Made by a program: the position numbers and the translations under genes
Shown: positions 47,695 through 62,229 of the stretch, piece after piece
How positions within the stretch are numbered: position 1 is the first letter of the stretch
Layout of the letters: every line of letters begins with the position of its first letter
The notes under the pieces: generated by a model
Told to the model about the DNA's origin: nothing
Seen by the model: only the letters and a program-made list of their open reading frames with translations
The model's database searches: none
From: Oopsacas minuta
Taxonomy: Eukaryota; Animalia; Porifera
Direction: 5' to 3'
Assembly: GCA_024704765.1 (NCBI GenBank)
Contig: JAKMXF010000044.1
Coordinates: 806,001-870,000 of the forward strand
Length of the DNA: 64,000 bases

Positions 47695-50600
47695 TACGTA
47701 CTTTTGATGATCAAAATATCGTAAATTTATACAATTTGTTAAATACTACTTAGTTCATTTCAGTTCAATATTATCATAAATCAACATACCCACACTTTCA
47801 TGGTACTTAATTTATGTCCGTGTTTGTTGTTGCATGGCTGTATATGTCCTAAAATGCGTCACATAGATATTCATTCATAGAAAGTTGTACCAAGTAGTAT
47901 TTTCAAGATGTACGTACAATCATATACTATTCTTCCATGTTGAAATTGTCTCGCATATACTAGATATATTTCTCTGATACTATAATTATTCTTAACGAAT
48001 AACTTTCATTTCCTAATACTTGTATTTCCCACTACTCAGTGAATATTTTCAGTTTCAAGGATTAAATCCTACATCATGTAAACCACGCATTGTTTGTTTG
48101 TTCGTTCGTTTGATTTTAAATCGAATTATATTTTGATTGAACCCAAAAAATTTTTGGAGTACTATATTTTGTTAACTCCCGTTATATCGAAGCTCAAGGG
48201 ACTGCGATGATTACTTCGATATAACCGATAAATTTATGTTTCTTTGAAGGTTTGGTATCATATTTGTATTATTTCATACTTCTATATAACAGGAGTTGAC
48301 TGTAGTTGTATTAATTTAAAGTTGTTTCTCGAGAAAGTACTTAATTGCAATTTCAATTAATTCTATACAGCAGTGGAGTTCGTTTATTAGCACTTTGCAT
48401 GAATTTTCTTTACTAATTTTTTGCTATTATGCGAACTATTTGCCATACAAAAATGCACTCTATGTCCATAACAAATAGCTAAAATTTGATATTATACTAC
48501 ACATATCACATATTTTGAATCCGAATTGACACTCTTAAATTAGTTATATTAAATACATGAGCTCAGTTAATCCTCTCTAAGATATTGAAATATACTTAAA
48601 CATAGTTAGTAAAGATATGAAGCGCGAAGCTCCAAATATAGATAGTAACAAAGGTCGCGAATTGATTTGTAATATAGTTTCCATCGTAAACGATCGATCA
48701 ATAAGGGTTCTTTGACTTCTTTTAAAATTCCCATTGTTAGTAACATAAATGTAGCATACAGTGGAATCTGCATAATTGTATTATCCGACACAATTTTATG
48801 TCCACACGGGTGTCGGATTATGATTACGTTCCACTTTATGATAAATTGCTGTACAGTTGACATTTCATTACCTCCAAGACTAACCCTAAAATCTTATCAA
48901 TATAACGGGCATTTTAGATAACGGATGTCAGCTGTAATTTCTACTTTCCCACTTCGTCACGACTACAAATTTCATAACAAATTTGCTGATAACTGCGTTT
49001 AATTGGTGACTCTTTTCTGGTGAATATTCATTTTGTTGATGTCTTAGTTTAATAGTTGAAGCTAGGTTACATCCATAAAATTACTATCGAATAATTACTA
49101 TTTAGTTCAGTACGTATTTACAGTTAAATATGCATCTTCATTACTGGCTGGTCAGTGTTTTATGATTTTGTTAGACATTCTGCTAATACTGATATATTCA
49201 GATAATGTATCTGTATTATTTATCAAAATTAGCAGTACTAGAAGTATTCTTTGAATTCGCTTACAGAACATTTCCATAATCGCTTGCAAAGGATACAATT
49301 GGATTTCATTTTTAGTATATTAGAAATGGTTATAGCTTAATTTCTTAAAGCTAGTGTAGAAATTGAATATATCGTAAGGTGTGATTTGGCGTACATCCAT
49401 TTCGTACAATTGATGAACTCTTTGAAGGTCATCAACAGCATCTATGATTTTTATACAAGGCTTATCTAGCAAACCTCCTGGTGGTATAGACTATTCAGCA
49501 GAATATTTCAAAACACTGGCTTTGATTTTCTTGGTAAATGTTCTGATGTACAACATGTACGTCAATTAACCTTACCTGGACTATATGTTATTAATGATCA
49601 TTAAAATATATTTTTAAGTAATTTCTTATGTAACACAGCATTAGTTTTACAGTTAATATCATTACTTTCCCCTACGTAGGTTATGCTAGACTAACATAAT
49701 CCTCCTGTTTATCATGATATGATCACTTCAGTTTAACAAAGGAATAAAGAAGTCTATTATGCAACAATATATCGTAATTATTAGTATTATCGGGTTGCTG
49801 ACCAGTAAACTAGGTTATAACATACTAATGACAAGATTTTGGTCGCTTTCTGGCACTTCAACACTACGACATGCAAAATGGCTGTGTTCGTATGAACTAC
49901 CAAAATATAGGTTGAAGCTTAAAGGGGGGAAAAATTTCCATATTTCCCCGATACTTCACACCATAACATTATTACTTATTTCGTGATTAATTTTCATATG
50001 AGGAGCTTAAAATAGTTGCAATAAAGTTGTGAATATCCTACAAGTGCGTGCGTAGACTTGGGATGGGTATTGATAGGGCTATATCAGAAAAGTTGTATTC
50101 GTTTAATACAAATCTATCATATATAGCCTTTCAAACAATTATTGGTAGTAGAGGTCGCAGGCCTGGTCCGAGCTCGGCTCGTCGGGCTTCGAGCCTATAC
50201 TTTTGGTCCCCGAATATTTCGAAATACTTTCTTACCATCCATTTATACAACAACTTTATCACTAATTGAAATACTTATTTTCTCATATCTTGGTTGAACT
50301 TGTTGGATATCAAAGTTGATTACAAATAACTTTATAAGGCAGTCTTGACATGTTTCGGGCAGAGCCGTGCGGAAAACTCGGTCCCCTACAACCTCTAATT
50401 AGTAGAACCATTGCCCTACCAACCCTGGCGGAGCCTACACCTATGCCAGGGCTATTTTATGTAATTTTCAGATTAATTCGAATTTGTAATTTTAATACCA
50501 GTTATAGATGATCGCTTATTATATTAGTGCGTTATATCTTTTTGTTTATCGCTTATGGATTTGTAGATAATGTATTACAGGCATGCTCTATATTTTAAAT

Positions 50601-52179
50601 TAGTGTTTTCTAATTAGTACTAAATCTACCTAATTATTGCTTGGTATTTATTCCTTTGTTATAGTAATGTTAGAAGAATTCACGAAATTCTTAGAGTGAT
50701 AGAATAGCTTATAAATCAAGATATGTTTAATTGTAATATTTGTAAACTATTGTACTTGTTCTTGATAATGTTAAAACTTGGTTGTCAATTTATAATATGA
50801 TACATTATCTAAGCTTCTAGGACTTGTTTACTCGTTCAAAGTTTCTCTTGATAGCTTCTCGTAATGTACAGCCCCTTACCTCGAGCTTCAGGTTCCCTAG
50901 TAATAGTTATATACGTACACTGCACACCACCCGACAAATTAAATATCCTAGTGTGTATCTAGTCAATAAATATTGGTATAATATACATTGGAACTAACTG
51001 AACAAATTGAGCATATATTCACTTATGAATTGTAATAAATTTATCTTTCAGGTAACGAGGGTGTCTATAACATAGTAAAACGATTATTATACTTTCCATA
51101 GAATATCTTAGTAATGTTTATACTTTCAAGAGGAGCTTTTTAATTCCTTTGAATAAGTTTAAATTCTACTTTTGAATTAATCACTATTTTCTAACTAAAC
51201 AGATTCATTTCCAAGATTAATGAGCGAAATCAACTTATTCATCCCTTATTTTTATACTTGGGTTAACCTAGGAAGATTTATCTTTTAATATAGAAATTGG
51301 TAGTGAATTAGTGATATAATCATGTTTCTGCAGATTTATACATACTATACGTATTATTCAGACTCTACTAGAGCCTGTCTGTCTCTCCTATCACAATCTG
51401 AATATAGAAATTATATTATCAGTTATGTTGTCCAGAAATGTGAAATACTTTTGTTTGTGCTGTTTACTCTAGAATACATCATAGCCTACAAATGATTAAA
51501 TTTTCGATGAGCGATTAGTTAAATTATGATGTCATGATTTGAATTGTGCATAAACAATATGCAGGATAGCCAGGTGTAGTCAATTGATTCCTTGTATTGT
51601 AATTTTACCATTAAAAAGTTTAATTAGCAAACATTGGAGGTAAATTAATTTGCTTTTATCAGAATTGTAAAACCGGATTATTTTTTGTTTATGTGATTCG
51701 GCCGCATGTATAGCCGTATTTTCGTGGGTCACGGATACTTAATTTGCTTACAAATGCAGTTTATGTGCTCTCTTTAATCCAAAAACGGTTATTAAACATG
51801 AACTCCAGATTAGTAGTACTGATAAAGTATTTTCAATGATGACTAAATTTCATATTGTTCGCAGAATGGTGTGTAACACTTTCAAGTGTGGTGAATCTGT
51901 TCATGGGGCAACGAGGCTAGACTTATACGATGGAATTCTATCTATCCATAGGATATTATTTGTACATATCATGATCTCATTGTTTATTGTATTGATTGTA
52001 AAGTGAAGGTAAATATTCTGTTTCTCAAGCTTATTCATCAGGGTCATACATTATTGCGGTTAATTAGCATTCATGGAAAAGACATTGTCTAGATTGCACT
52101 TCTTCAAACTAATTTATATAAATACTACGACATAATGTTAAAATATATAATAATTAATAATTTCAACTACAAATCACAA

Positions 52180-53938
52180 ATGGAAAATCGATCAAATTCT
52201 GACATAACTCCTATTGAATATCACAATGTAAGCTCCATTTTATAAATAAATATATGTACGCGTTTAATAATTCGATTACAATTTTTACAAATTTCATCTT
52301 TCATGTAGGACTACCTTGAGATTTACAAAGGAGAATATTCCTGTGACAGAGAAGGAGTAAAAATAAAGAAAGACAATTGGAAGAAGTATCTTCTTGTCTT
52401 GCAAGACATGAAGGGAATCTGTAGCAGCTTCATGATTTACAACAAGTCGACAAAAAACTGGAGGGCTGAACCACCAAAATACAAATATGACTTAACCAAT
52501 GGAAAGTTTGAAGTAAAGATACTTAATTTCTCAAAAGATCGACATTTATTCGAACTCTGTTTCCAAGAGAACGACACACGCTTCTTGCTGTCTGCAAAAG
52601 ACGAGACACTTCGTAACCAATGGGTACATTGGCTCACAACAACAAGATGTCTCGATCCTTTCACAAATTCTGGTAAGTATATAGGCATTGATATTACTCA
52701 CATTTGTCATTTCTAAACGTTTTGAGTATATTTTTTTATTTTATCCTTTCTTTATAGAATCTGTCTACTTAGTTAAAGTCCTAGAAACTCTTGAAACTAG
52801 AAAGTTTAACATCTCTGGAGCCTGCTACCTCCATCTTCTGAAAGACAGACTCCTCCTCACAAAAGTATCCAACAAATGTCTGCTAGCTGACTGGCCGCTA
52901 CAAGTTGTCCGATTTTATGCTAGCAGACATGATCTACTAAAACTGGAGTTAGGGCGTAAAGCAATGCACGGAGAGATGATTGTATATTTCCAGACTAATA
53001 AAGCAAGAGAATTATTCCATTTTATTAAATCTTCAATCTCTGGTAATCATAACGTCAGCTCTAGCATCGTGGAAACCCCACCTAAACTGAATGTGACCCC
53101 TTTTGCTGCCTCTGCTGAGTATGCTACTGTCAATTATGCTAAAAAAGCTAACAGACAGCTACAGCTGGAGGAAACCAAATCTGGTCTTGAATTCAGGCAG
53201 TACTATACACCTCCTCCTCCAATTACTAGCCAGTACGAGTCAGTATCAGTAAATATGAAGGAATTAGAGAAACAACATCCCCTGGCTAGGAGAAATTCTA
53301 AGGAGCTGATCCCTTACGAATCCTTTGAGGACTATGACACCCTTCAGCATATGAGATCTGCTTTCGGAGGCTCTCGCTCCTCCAGCAGTCAGAGTGATAA
53401 CTCAGAATCTCCCTCTACTACAAGCGAATATTCTTCTATTGGTGACTTTAAACCTTTCACATCTCCTCCTCCTCCTCAGCTGATAACTATCCTCCCCAGA
53501 CAGAAGAAGACAAGTACAGGTGCTATTCTAGATGAACCTGAATACTCCACCATTCAACCTAAGCATATACTCTCTTCATCTTCATCTTCATCTACTAATG
53601 TTATGTCACCGAAACAGATTGTTACTAACCTATGTTCTGAGTTTAGGGCTCCATTTCCTAACCCTTCTAACAGGTACGTGCACACTCAACCCAGAAAGAA
53701 GTCTTCAGGAATTGACGACACGATTATGAGTGCATTAGACACGATAACCATTCCTGACAACGGTTCTAATCCATTGATTGAAACTCCTGTAATAGTTACT
53801 TCCAAAGAACTCCCTCAGTCTCACAAAATCCCCATCAGAGGTACCTACAGTCGTAACGGTACTCGAAAGAGACAAAAGTTAAACAAACCACAGAGACCAT
53901 CTTGTATCCCAGGGATGTTGACTTGTGAAGCGTACTAG
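52180..53938 (+). CDS. DOK/IRS-like adaptor: PH domain, IRS-type PTB domain, Tyr-motif tail (3 exons)
   Basis: Exon 1 MENRSNSDITPIEYHN. Exon 2 (from about 52310) is PH-like (WKKYLLVL...FELCF...LSAKDETLRNQWV). Exon 3 (from about 52758) is PTB-like (WPLQVVRFYAS...LELGRKAMHGE) followed by YATV, YYTP, YESV, YDTL, YSSI, YSTI. Confidence 0.8.
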
Positions 53939-56900
53939 TTGATATCCAATTCTCCCCTCCCCTAATGTTATGATATACGCGTAGATACTGTATGCATGAC
54001 CTGTTGTATTATATTTTTCATAGATTCTCCTGGTGAGAACCTTGATATTTGCTGTCTTCTATCAAATTCTAGTATATGATCAAATTGATATTAATTTGAG
54101 TATTTACTCTAAATCATATTAGGTACTATTTACCATGTTTACCTAATTAATCATCGAAACACTAATTGTTCCTTAATTGTCTATCCAAATTGTCTACTTA
54201 CCTAGTTAGTTTACTTCCATAAGGGCAATTTAGAATTAATGATAATTTTTCCGTTTCAAGTTAACGTAAAAACTTTATTTAACTCGAGGATCCAAGACCA
54301 GTATCCGCTCTAAAGTTGTCTTAATAGCATGTTCCACTTTGTTAATTTAACCAAGAAATCGCTGGGTTGTACTGACTGGTGATTGGTGAATATATATTTT
54401 GGATCGTGATCAAAATTCGGATATTATTAGCTTAGCTTGCAACGATATCTGCTAGCCGTTGGCTTAGATCGATAAATTGACATTTTTTTCTAATTTTGCT
54501 TCAACGACTTATTCTCACACCATCCCGCTAATATTATCATTTCAATACTTATAATTAATACATTGTTATATTGCTGCCACAAATTGAAATTCTTATTCTT
54601 TTTCTGTGAATTATATTTGATTGTCATCCAGTTGGCAAGTATAAAATTATTTTTGCGATATATTTCGGAAACTAATTAGTATACAAGTACACTTCCGAGA
54701 TGCCTCAGAGTCTATTACCCAAAATGTATTGTTGTATCCCTCCATATATTGTCAAGAAAATTTATTCACCTTGCCTTGCTCTACAAGTAATGCATTATTT
54801 GTGGTGTATTTAATTATATTCGTTATTCTACTTTAAACTTATTTCTACACCTCTGCTTTTTTGTATTGCTTATGGACTAATTTCTATTGTCGTAATTCAA
54901 TTTGATTTAGGTTTTTCACATTATTTTTCACTAATTCAATAGATACATCTGTGGAATAATTTGCATAAAATTACTATGTTTACGTAATCTTCTTGTTAAT
55001 TAATGGTTGCATAGGAAGTGTGTACGTATGCTGATTGGAAAATAGTCGAAAACAAAGAATTATGGTTGACAGGTTGAGTGTATTAGTTTCGTTACAAAAC
55101 AAAACTTTTTTGCCTTCACTACTATATATTGGTCGACATAATTAAAATGGTTTGGTATGATCCATTTGAATGAGTTCGATTGAGTCGGATACAAGAGAAT
55201 GATTAGGTTGGGTAACAATTGATGAGTTCTTATGCCAACGATACAGCCCAGGCCCTCAAAATATACATAAGAGGAGTCTCTGGGTGTGCCCTTTTTGTGG
55301 GAATATACAACCTACCAATCTTCAGTCTAGCTTGATATAATACTTTACATTATACTTATATATTTGACATGAAATTGAGATTTAATATGATGATTCTTTA
55401 TACAATTTTCCAATACATGTGTGAGAGCGTTAAGATATTGATGGTGTAGTATTATCTCTATTAGGATTTAGAACTAATTCTTACTTCTAACCACTTCGAT
55501 ATATGTCCTTATTTAGGTAGCCTCTTTAACCTTGATTGTATTATTGACCTAATATGTCAAATTAGAGATATTAACTGCAACTGAATATTATATTGCATTA
55601 TCCAGACTGCTAATATAATCCTCACATCATACCAATCAAGATACGTAAATATATTTTAAAAACTTATCTGGCATATTTTCGACCAAAGTTCACTTGTTTT
55701 CACAGGATAATCTGCATTAACTATTCATTTCTGTAAAGTATTCGAAGGGTACAAATCGATATACAAATTACAAGCTAGATTATATAATCCACAAAAAACC
55801 TTAGTATTTAGAGTGTAATAAAGTCGTGGAATTTAACAGAATTCTATTATTGCTGCATTATTATTCTCTACATTACCTACCCCCCTCATATACTCTAATA
55901 GTATGGTTGTTGCTGTAGAATATATAATGAATGTGGTTTAGTTTCTTAGTACGAATTAATTTCATATAATATCTTATTGTTACATTTATTAGACTCTCAG
56001 CTTGGTTATTGCTCTGATTAATTAATTAGCCCTAGCATGTAGGCATCTGATAGTGGTCATATTATCTCTAATTTTCTTGACTAAATTCAATGCAAGAATT
56101 GTTGTCCATAATTATATCAATTTGTTTTAAAATCTCAATTCATTATACTTGTGTGTTTACCTAATCAATATTTTCCTTTAATACCGATGAGTCATTGGTT
56201 TTAAAGGCGTACCTTGTAACTTTTAATAAGGATGAGCCAGGGTACAGGCAAATCGTGTCTAAGTTGTCTTCGTCCTGAATTTGATGGCATACATTTGTAT
56301 CGACGCTATACTTGAAATTATGAGTAAATAAGCGAATGACTCTCTGTTGTCACATAATATGGATTAGTTACACTTTAGTTGATTAGTGATTTACGAATAT
56401 CAAATTTATTATTTGTATTGTTTTGCTTAATTAAATATTATTTTGTAATTTTAAATTATTTTATGTGATTTGTAAATCTTTAAATTAATAATTCTAAATA
56501 TTTAATTACTCATTTTTCTAAAAATATTTTTTGCAAAAATCCATTACGTATGTAAATGTATTTTCCCTTAAATTCTAACGTTAGAAAACATACTCAAGTA
56601 TTGTAAGCAGTATGACACGTGTTATGTGCATGTGTAGGGAAATACGATAATATTATACATGTAATTGGGGTTTCGCTTGGCTCATTCATTTACAGCTAAA
56701 CTATTATCTCATAAGATATTTGATCATTTAGTTGTGCCTCCTACAGGCGAGCTGCTTGAATACCAAAGTGTGAATATGCAACTTACCTGAATAACAAAAT
56801 ACGCCTCTTATTCGTAATGGCATGAATGTACTGAGTAAAAAGCTCAGAAGTTATCATTTTTTCAACTGTCTGCCAGTCAGCAATTATAGCCACTACTGAA

Positions 56901-57046
56901 TCACATCACCGCCTACTTTATGGATGATTTTGTTTTAAATATTTTTTGTTGCCACAATCTAGGGAGTTAGTATTTCTTTTAATTTAGACAAATTTCCCAT
57001 TTCTAGCATCTCTATCTGGCATATTAGTCTTTATTAATCAGAAAGA

Positions 57047-60000
57047 ATGACTAACTATAAACCAAAAACTATAGTAAGTGATGATGCTATTAAATTTGAG
57101 AAAGGTTACTGGTCATCAACCGGTAGTTTCAGGAATAGACCAGATCCAGGATGGACTCACGATGCTCAGGATCTTACAGGAGGATTTGGGGTAGCCTACT
57201 CGGTAATGTTTTGTGGTTTAATTGAAATAAAAAAGAGTTTATCTCCCCTGAATGAAAACAAGAGGACAGCTATAATCAGGTTATTTATTTTGGTTTTATT
57301 ATCTTTGTATTTCACCAAAATGAAATTATGACATTACTGTGTATTGTAGAGAATCAATTCTGAGAGTACTTCATTACTCCGGAATAAGATCTCTAGGGAA
57401 AAAGCCTAAAAAGCTACCCAAACAGGTAGTTGAGTTCATTCAAGATGGAGCTGACACCTCTCTATCTATGCAATATGTCAATCTGATTATTAACTCAGAG
57501 AAGTTCCTGAGTAGTTATGAGAATGGTAAGAAGATGTTATCTCATGTTCTCAATGATGTCTCCTTCGTAGCTACTGGCATAGGAAATACTGCTGATTACA
57601 TTGGGTTAGTATTTTCATTAATATTACTAATGTACATAATTTATAAATTAACTTTTATTTTCTACGTCACTACTGTATTATTTATATAAATTTACTGTTT
57701 AGTTATGTGTCACGTGATAACAGTGTCAATCGTGCTTGCTTTGTGTTTGATTGTCTGGGCAATTCAAAACACATCGCCAATACCATGACACAAGCTTTCG
57801 AAATAAAACTCAAGGAGGTGTTAGCCAAAAATATGCAGAAAGATCTCTTGTCTAGTCATGGAATGCAAAATGGAGGTTAGCTATTCTCTATCAATCAATA
57901 TGCAATCCGAATTCAGCTTTTTGTGAGCTATATTGAATTCCATTTCCTACTTTGTCAACTCACGTAATTATACTCTGGCTAGAAAGCTATAATTTGGTTA
58001 TCTCCACACCTGTTTAAATTGTATCGGAGTTCAAAGTAATAATCATTAGTGTCACTCTATCAGGGTTCCGCATATGTGAATTGTGTAGAAGCTGATGGAT
58101 AAATATATTTAATTCTCCAAAATATGAATAATTAAATGACTATCAGCATATGTAAATAATTCTTTTATTCATTAGTTTACATAATTTTCTGAGAAGACGA
58201 ATACGAATATTAATTAAGAGTACATCACTATCTGTATAATAGATTTCATTTGTATTAATCTACGAACTTTAATCTACACAAACAATTCTTTCTTGGAATT
58301 TGTAATTTATTAATAAAATCAACGGCTGATGCAGGTTTGTTTACTCAGGAGGAGAGGCTGGAAAGTCAACTCGAGCTTTATGTATGATCGAAAATATCGG
58401 GGCAGGGTTATCTAGAATATTTTATGATTATCGCTTATAGCCATCAGTTTTATAATTATTAACTAACGAACTAAGGAACTAATTATCAACTAACGTGTTC
58501 ATACGTAGTGCATTTAATTATTCGGTTATTCCACTCTTGCATTTTTCTACAAATATTCATATCTAGTTGTGACTATTACTTCGTTTGGAGGGGTTTCCTC
58601 GAGTTTCTTTGATATGAACTCTCATATTTCCTGTGCACTATGATTGCTTGCTTATAGGTTGGGCGGATGAACATCTCTACGAAGAAGGAGCGGGTTGTTG
58701 GAACAACGTTTCTCTTCCTCCAGTCCCCCCAGCTGTCTTTGATGACAATATTTATGATGGTGTGAGGAATACACCTGATCCTCTGTACGATAACAAGAGA
58801 GGAGGAGCAGCTAGAGAAGATCAAGACCTCTATGATAACAGACCTCAAGCTAAATCTCTAGATTATTCAGATCAGGGAATATATGACAACTCTATTGACA
58901 ATTCAGGCAGAAAGGATTGTGAATCTGAGTATGATAACTGTCCTAAGATGGAGGCAGAAGATTATTTAGAGGGATTACTCAAACAAAATATTTATGACAA
59001 TAATGTGAGAAACAAGATAGCAGCTCGTAAAACAGATGAGATTATATACGATAATAAACAGGATACAAATATAAGTGCTATGCTAGATAACAAGTTCGGA
59101 TCACATCAATATGGAAATATTGAAAATCATAAAGATAACATATATCAATCTAGTGATCCTCTGTACGATAACAAATCAGGGGAGGAGGGGAGTGACAGAA
59201 AGATAGCTGAGTGTGTATACGATAATAGAATGAGTTCTCAAATTGAGAGTAAGCCACCACCTCAAGAGAATTCTAATTATGTTGAGACAGGACCTGCATT
59301 TGGAGAGAGTCCTTACGATAACTCACCGAATAATCCTGTAGCTATCCAGGAGGATGATACCTATACTAGTATGGTTACACTAAAGACACCAGAAACAACA
59401 GGTACTGTATTATTAGTACGTATTGCTTATCTAAACTAATAAGCAGGATTGCACCATGGATATCCTTGTTCATTTTAGTACCTGCAATTCTGATAAACCT
59501 TAACGTGAGATAAATACGTATTCTTAACAAAGTTCATGCATTACAGTGTTACACGGGTTGTAGATTTAGTGACATATAGTTATCGATATATTGGATGGAC
59601 GTGTAGATATGATAAAATTTAGAAGATAGGTAGTTTGTGTCCATGTATTATCCAATATATTTGTGTAGAACTATACGATAACATAAGATGTGAAGGAAAG
59701 GAAGAGAATTTATACGATTTAGCTGAAGTTGTAGAAGAGTCTTCAAATCCTAATGATATTATCCACCGAGTTAAGGATATAGTAATAGGAAATGAGGATG
59801 GTAAGCTAGCTGACCTTTATGACACACCTTTTGAAACGTTGGTGAGTATGCTCCTTATAATAAACACAGAATTTTGAATATCTCAAATATTTAAAAATGT
59901 ATTGTTGTTAAATTTGTAATTCTCTTAGGAACAGAACAACAAAGAATCATTTCAAATATACGACAATGCTGTACCTAATGAACAAACAGACAAACCTAGT

Positions 60001-60854
60001 TCCACAAATCTTGTCCCAGAACTGATATATGATAATAACCAACTTGTGAATTCTAATAAGATAGAAGTATTAAGTGATGATGACTTCGAATTCGATTCTA
60101 ACCCTGTATACGGAATTCCTGAGGAATGTCTGTCTCCATCTAGTAGTCGTCATGCTAATTTTACGGCTGAAAATATGTTCAGTGAGCAGTTAGCTGAACC
60201 TAAAAAGCTACCTACAACATCTGATGGTTAGATTCAAATGATTATATAACTAATGGCAATTTTCTAAAATTGATTTGTACTTTTGTTATTAGAGTTCGCT
60301 GAAGAAGCAGTTTATGGTGAATCTTTAATTTCAAATATCAAACCAGCGACTCCTTCTACTACGAAGATACTTCCTATCAATTCACTACCTTTCTTTCATC
60401 CTATACTCTCTCGCAAAGACTGTGAACTTCTACTCAAACAAAATGGGGATTTCCTGATCAGAGAAAGTCAGAGTAAGAAAGGGCAGTATGTGATTAGTGG
60501 ACTCCATTTAGGTCGATATCAACATCTCTTGTTCTTAACTCAAGATAGTAAGGTAGTTCATTTGATTATTTCAATCTTAAGATACATACTAGATGTTCTC
60601 TCTAGTTGTCCACTATTGGGTAGAGCCGGTGTTCTCGCTGGGCAATTAGAAAACGTCATGGATAATTGCAATACTTACTATACACTTTATTCTAGATTCA
60701 AACTAAAGAAAGAGAATTCCCAAGTGTATCTCACCTTGTTGCTCATTACATGAAGACTAAAGAGTTATTATCAACTGGTAACAACAATCTCTCCCTCATA
60801 AACCCAATTTATGCTTCTTTCCCTGACTCAGATATCTACACCATGATGAGTTAG
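57047..60854 (+). CDS. SHC: SHC-family adaptor (PTB, expanded Tyr-rich linker, SH2), about 8 exons
   Basis: PTB: RPDPGWTH...GVAYSVMFCGLIEIKKS...RESI...VSFVATG...DYIGYVSRD...RACFVFDC...QAFE. SH2: FHPILSRKDCELLLKQNGDFLIRESQSKKGQYVISG...HLLF...IQTKEREFPSVSHLVAHY. Stop TAG at 60852-54. Confidence 0.87.
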
Positions 60855-62229
60855 AATAGTTTAAATTATAACAAATCTTTTGATATTGCTGTACAGATTA
60901 ATTTTTGCTTTTTGCTTTGATTGTATATTTTCTTCTCAACATTATCTGTTTTGGAATTGTAATATTTGTCAATGAGTAATAACTTTACATTTTGTTTTAC
61001 TTTTTGTGATTTTTTGGATTCTGTCTCAGATTAATAATAAGGATTCAATCGGCGCTTAGCCAGTCTGACCGCTTATCATTATTTTAACCGCATGAATTTA
61101 AGTTAATGTTTGTCAGGGAAATTTAAATGGGGCGAGCAGGGACGATACATATGTATCGAAGAATTTCGAGGAGAAACCTCGATTATTACGCAAACCTCTC
61201 CCTGTCAACTCGAGTGTGTAGAATAGTTGCCATGACCCAGCTTACAGTATCTTGCTGACAATATATAGAGAATATTCTTCTTGCAACCTCCCTAGTTATT
61301 CTGTTCAAAACGGTCGAGTTTCGACCCATTATGCGACATTTCTGCCTGTGCCTTGTATGTTGTTCCAGTGTATTTTACGTACTATTTGATTGTCGGATTG
61401 AGTGTATGTATTTACCTTGGATTGGTAAATAGCCTTGGGGTATTTAATGCAATGAACAACCAAACGCTTGAACTCATGTAAGCTGGTAGCTGGTCGTTGA
61501 TGCTTGAATCCGGATAATCTGCATAAGACTGACATTATCCCACATTAGTTCTTACCTGACTAAAAATCTGACGTAAATACTACTAGGCTAAGCTCTAAAC
61601 TATTCCCAGAAAAATCTTAATTCGATGCTCCAATAGATAGTATTACTTATAAATTTCCTAATTTCCTTAATATAATAAGTAATACTTTTACCTACGTAAA
61701 TGTAATTGAATTTACTTAATTAACTGCGTAGGCTGATAGTAAGAATAAGCACGAATAGAGAATCACTTGACGTACTACCTGGTTAGTATCAACACTGATG
61801 TGGCGTAGTCCAAGCTAGTGAGTACATTTCCTATCTTCACTACTATTATCCCCATTATTACGTAATTGTATTGATAAACGGTGGAATAATATAACCGACA
61901 CCTGTATAATCAGGAAGACCTCTAGCTCTATAACCCGACAGTGTTTTTTATCTAAAAACAGTCTTCTAGGCATAGATTTATACAAGAACTCAAGTAGGCT
62001 AGGTTGACCCAACCATTGACGTATGCTAACTCTTTGATGCAAGTACTGACTATTATATTGTCAGACCTTATTAATAGATTAGGTGTTAATTGTGGTAATG
62101 CACAATGCTCGATTATTTTATTTGTTTATTTATCTATAAATACTCGATGACCATGTTTTGAAAATCAAATTTGGTGAGTCCGAATATATATCTTTTCTGC
62201 TTCATTTCTACACATAATTTATCCATTGA

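Noticed and set aside
54290-55300. Possible Merlin/ISXO2 transposase relic between DOK and SHC
   Set aside because: Only scattered 4-6 residue resemblances among many stops; no TIRs found.
56170-56870. Two minus-strand exon-like segments (VAIIADWQTVEKMITSELF... and RVIRLFTHNFKYSVDT...)
   Set aside because: No start exon or homology, and the phases do not give a convincing product; needs RNA data.
61329-62042. Short ORFs between SHC and the TM2 gene
   Set aside because: No motifs or splice support; the length is expected by chance.
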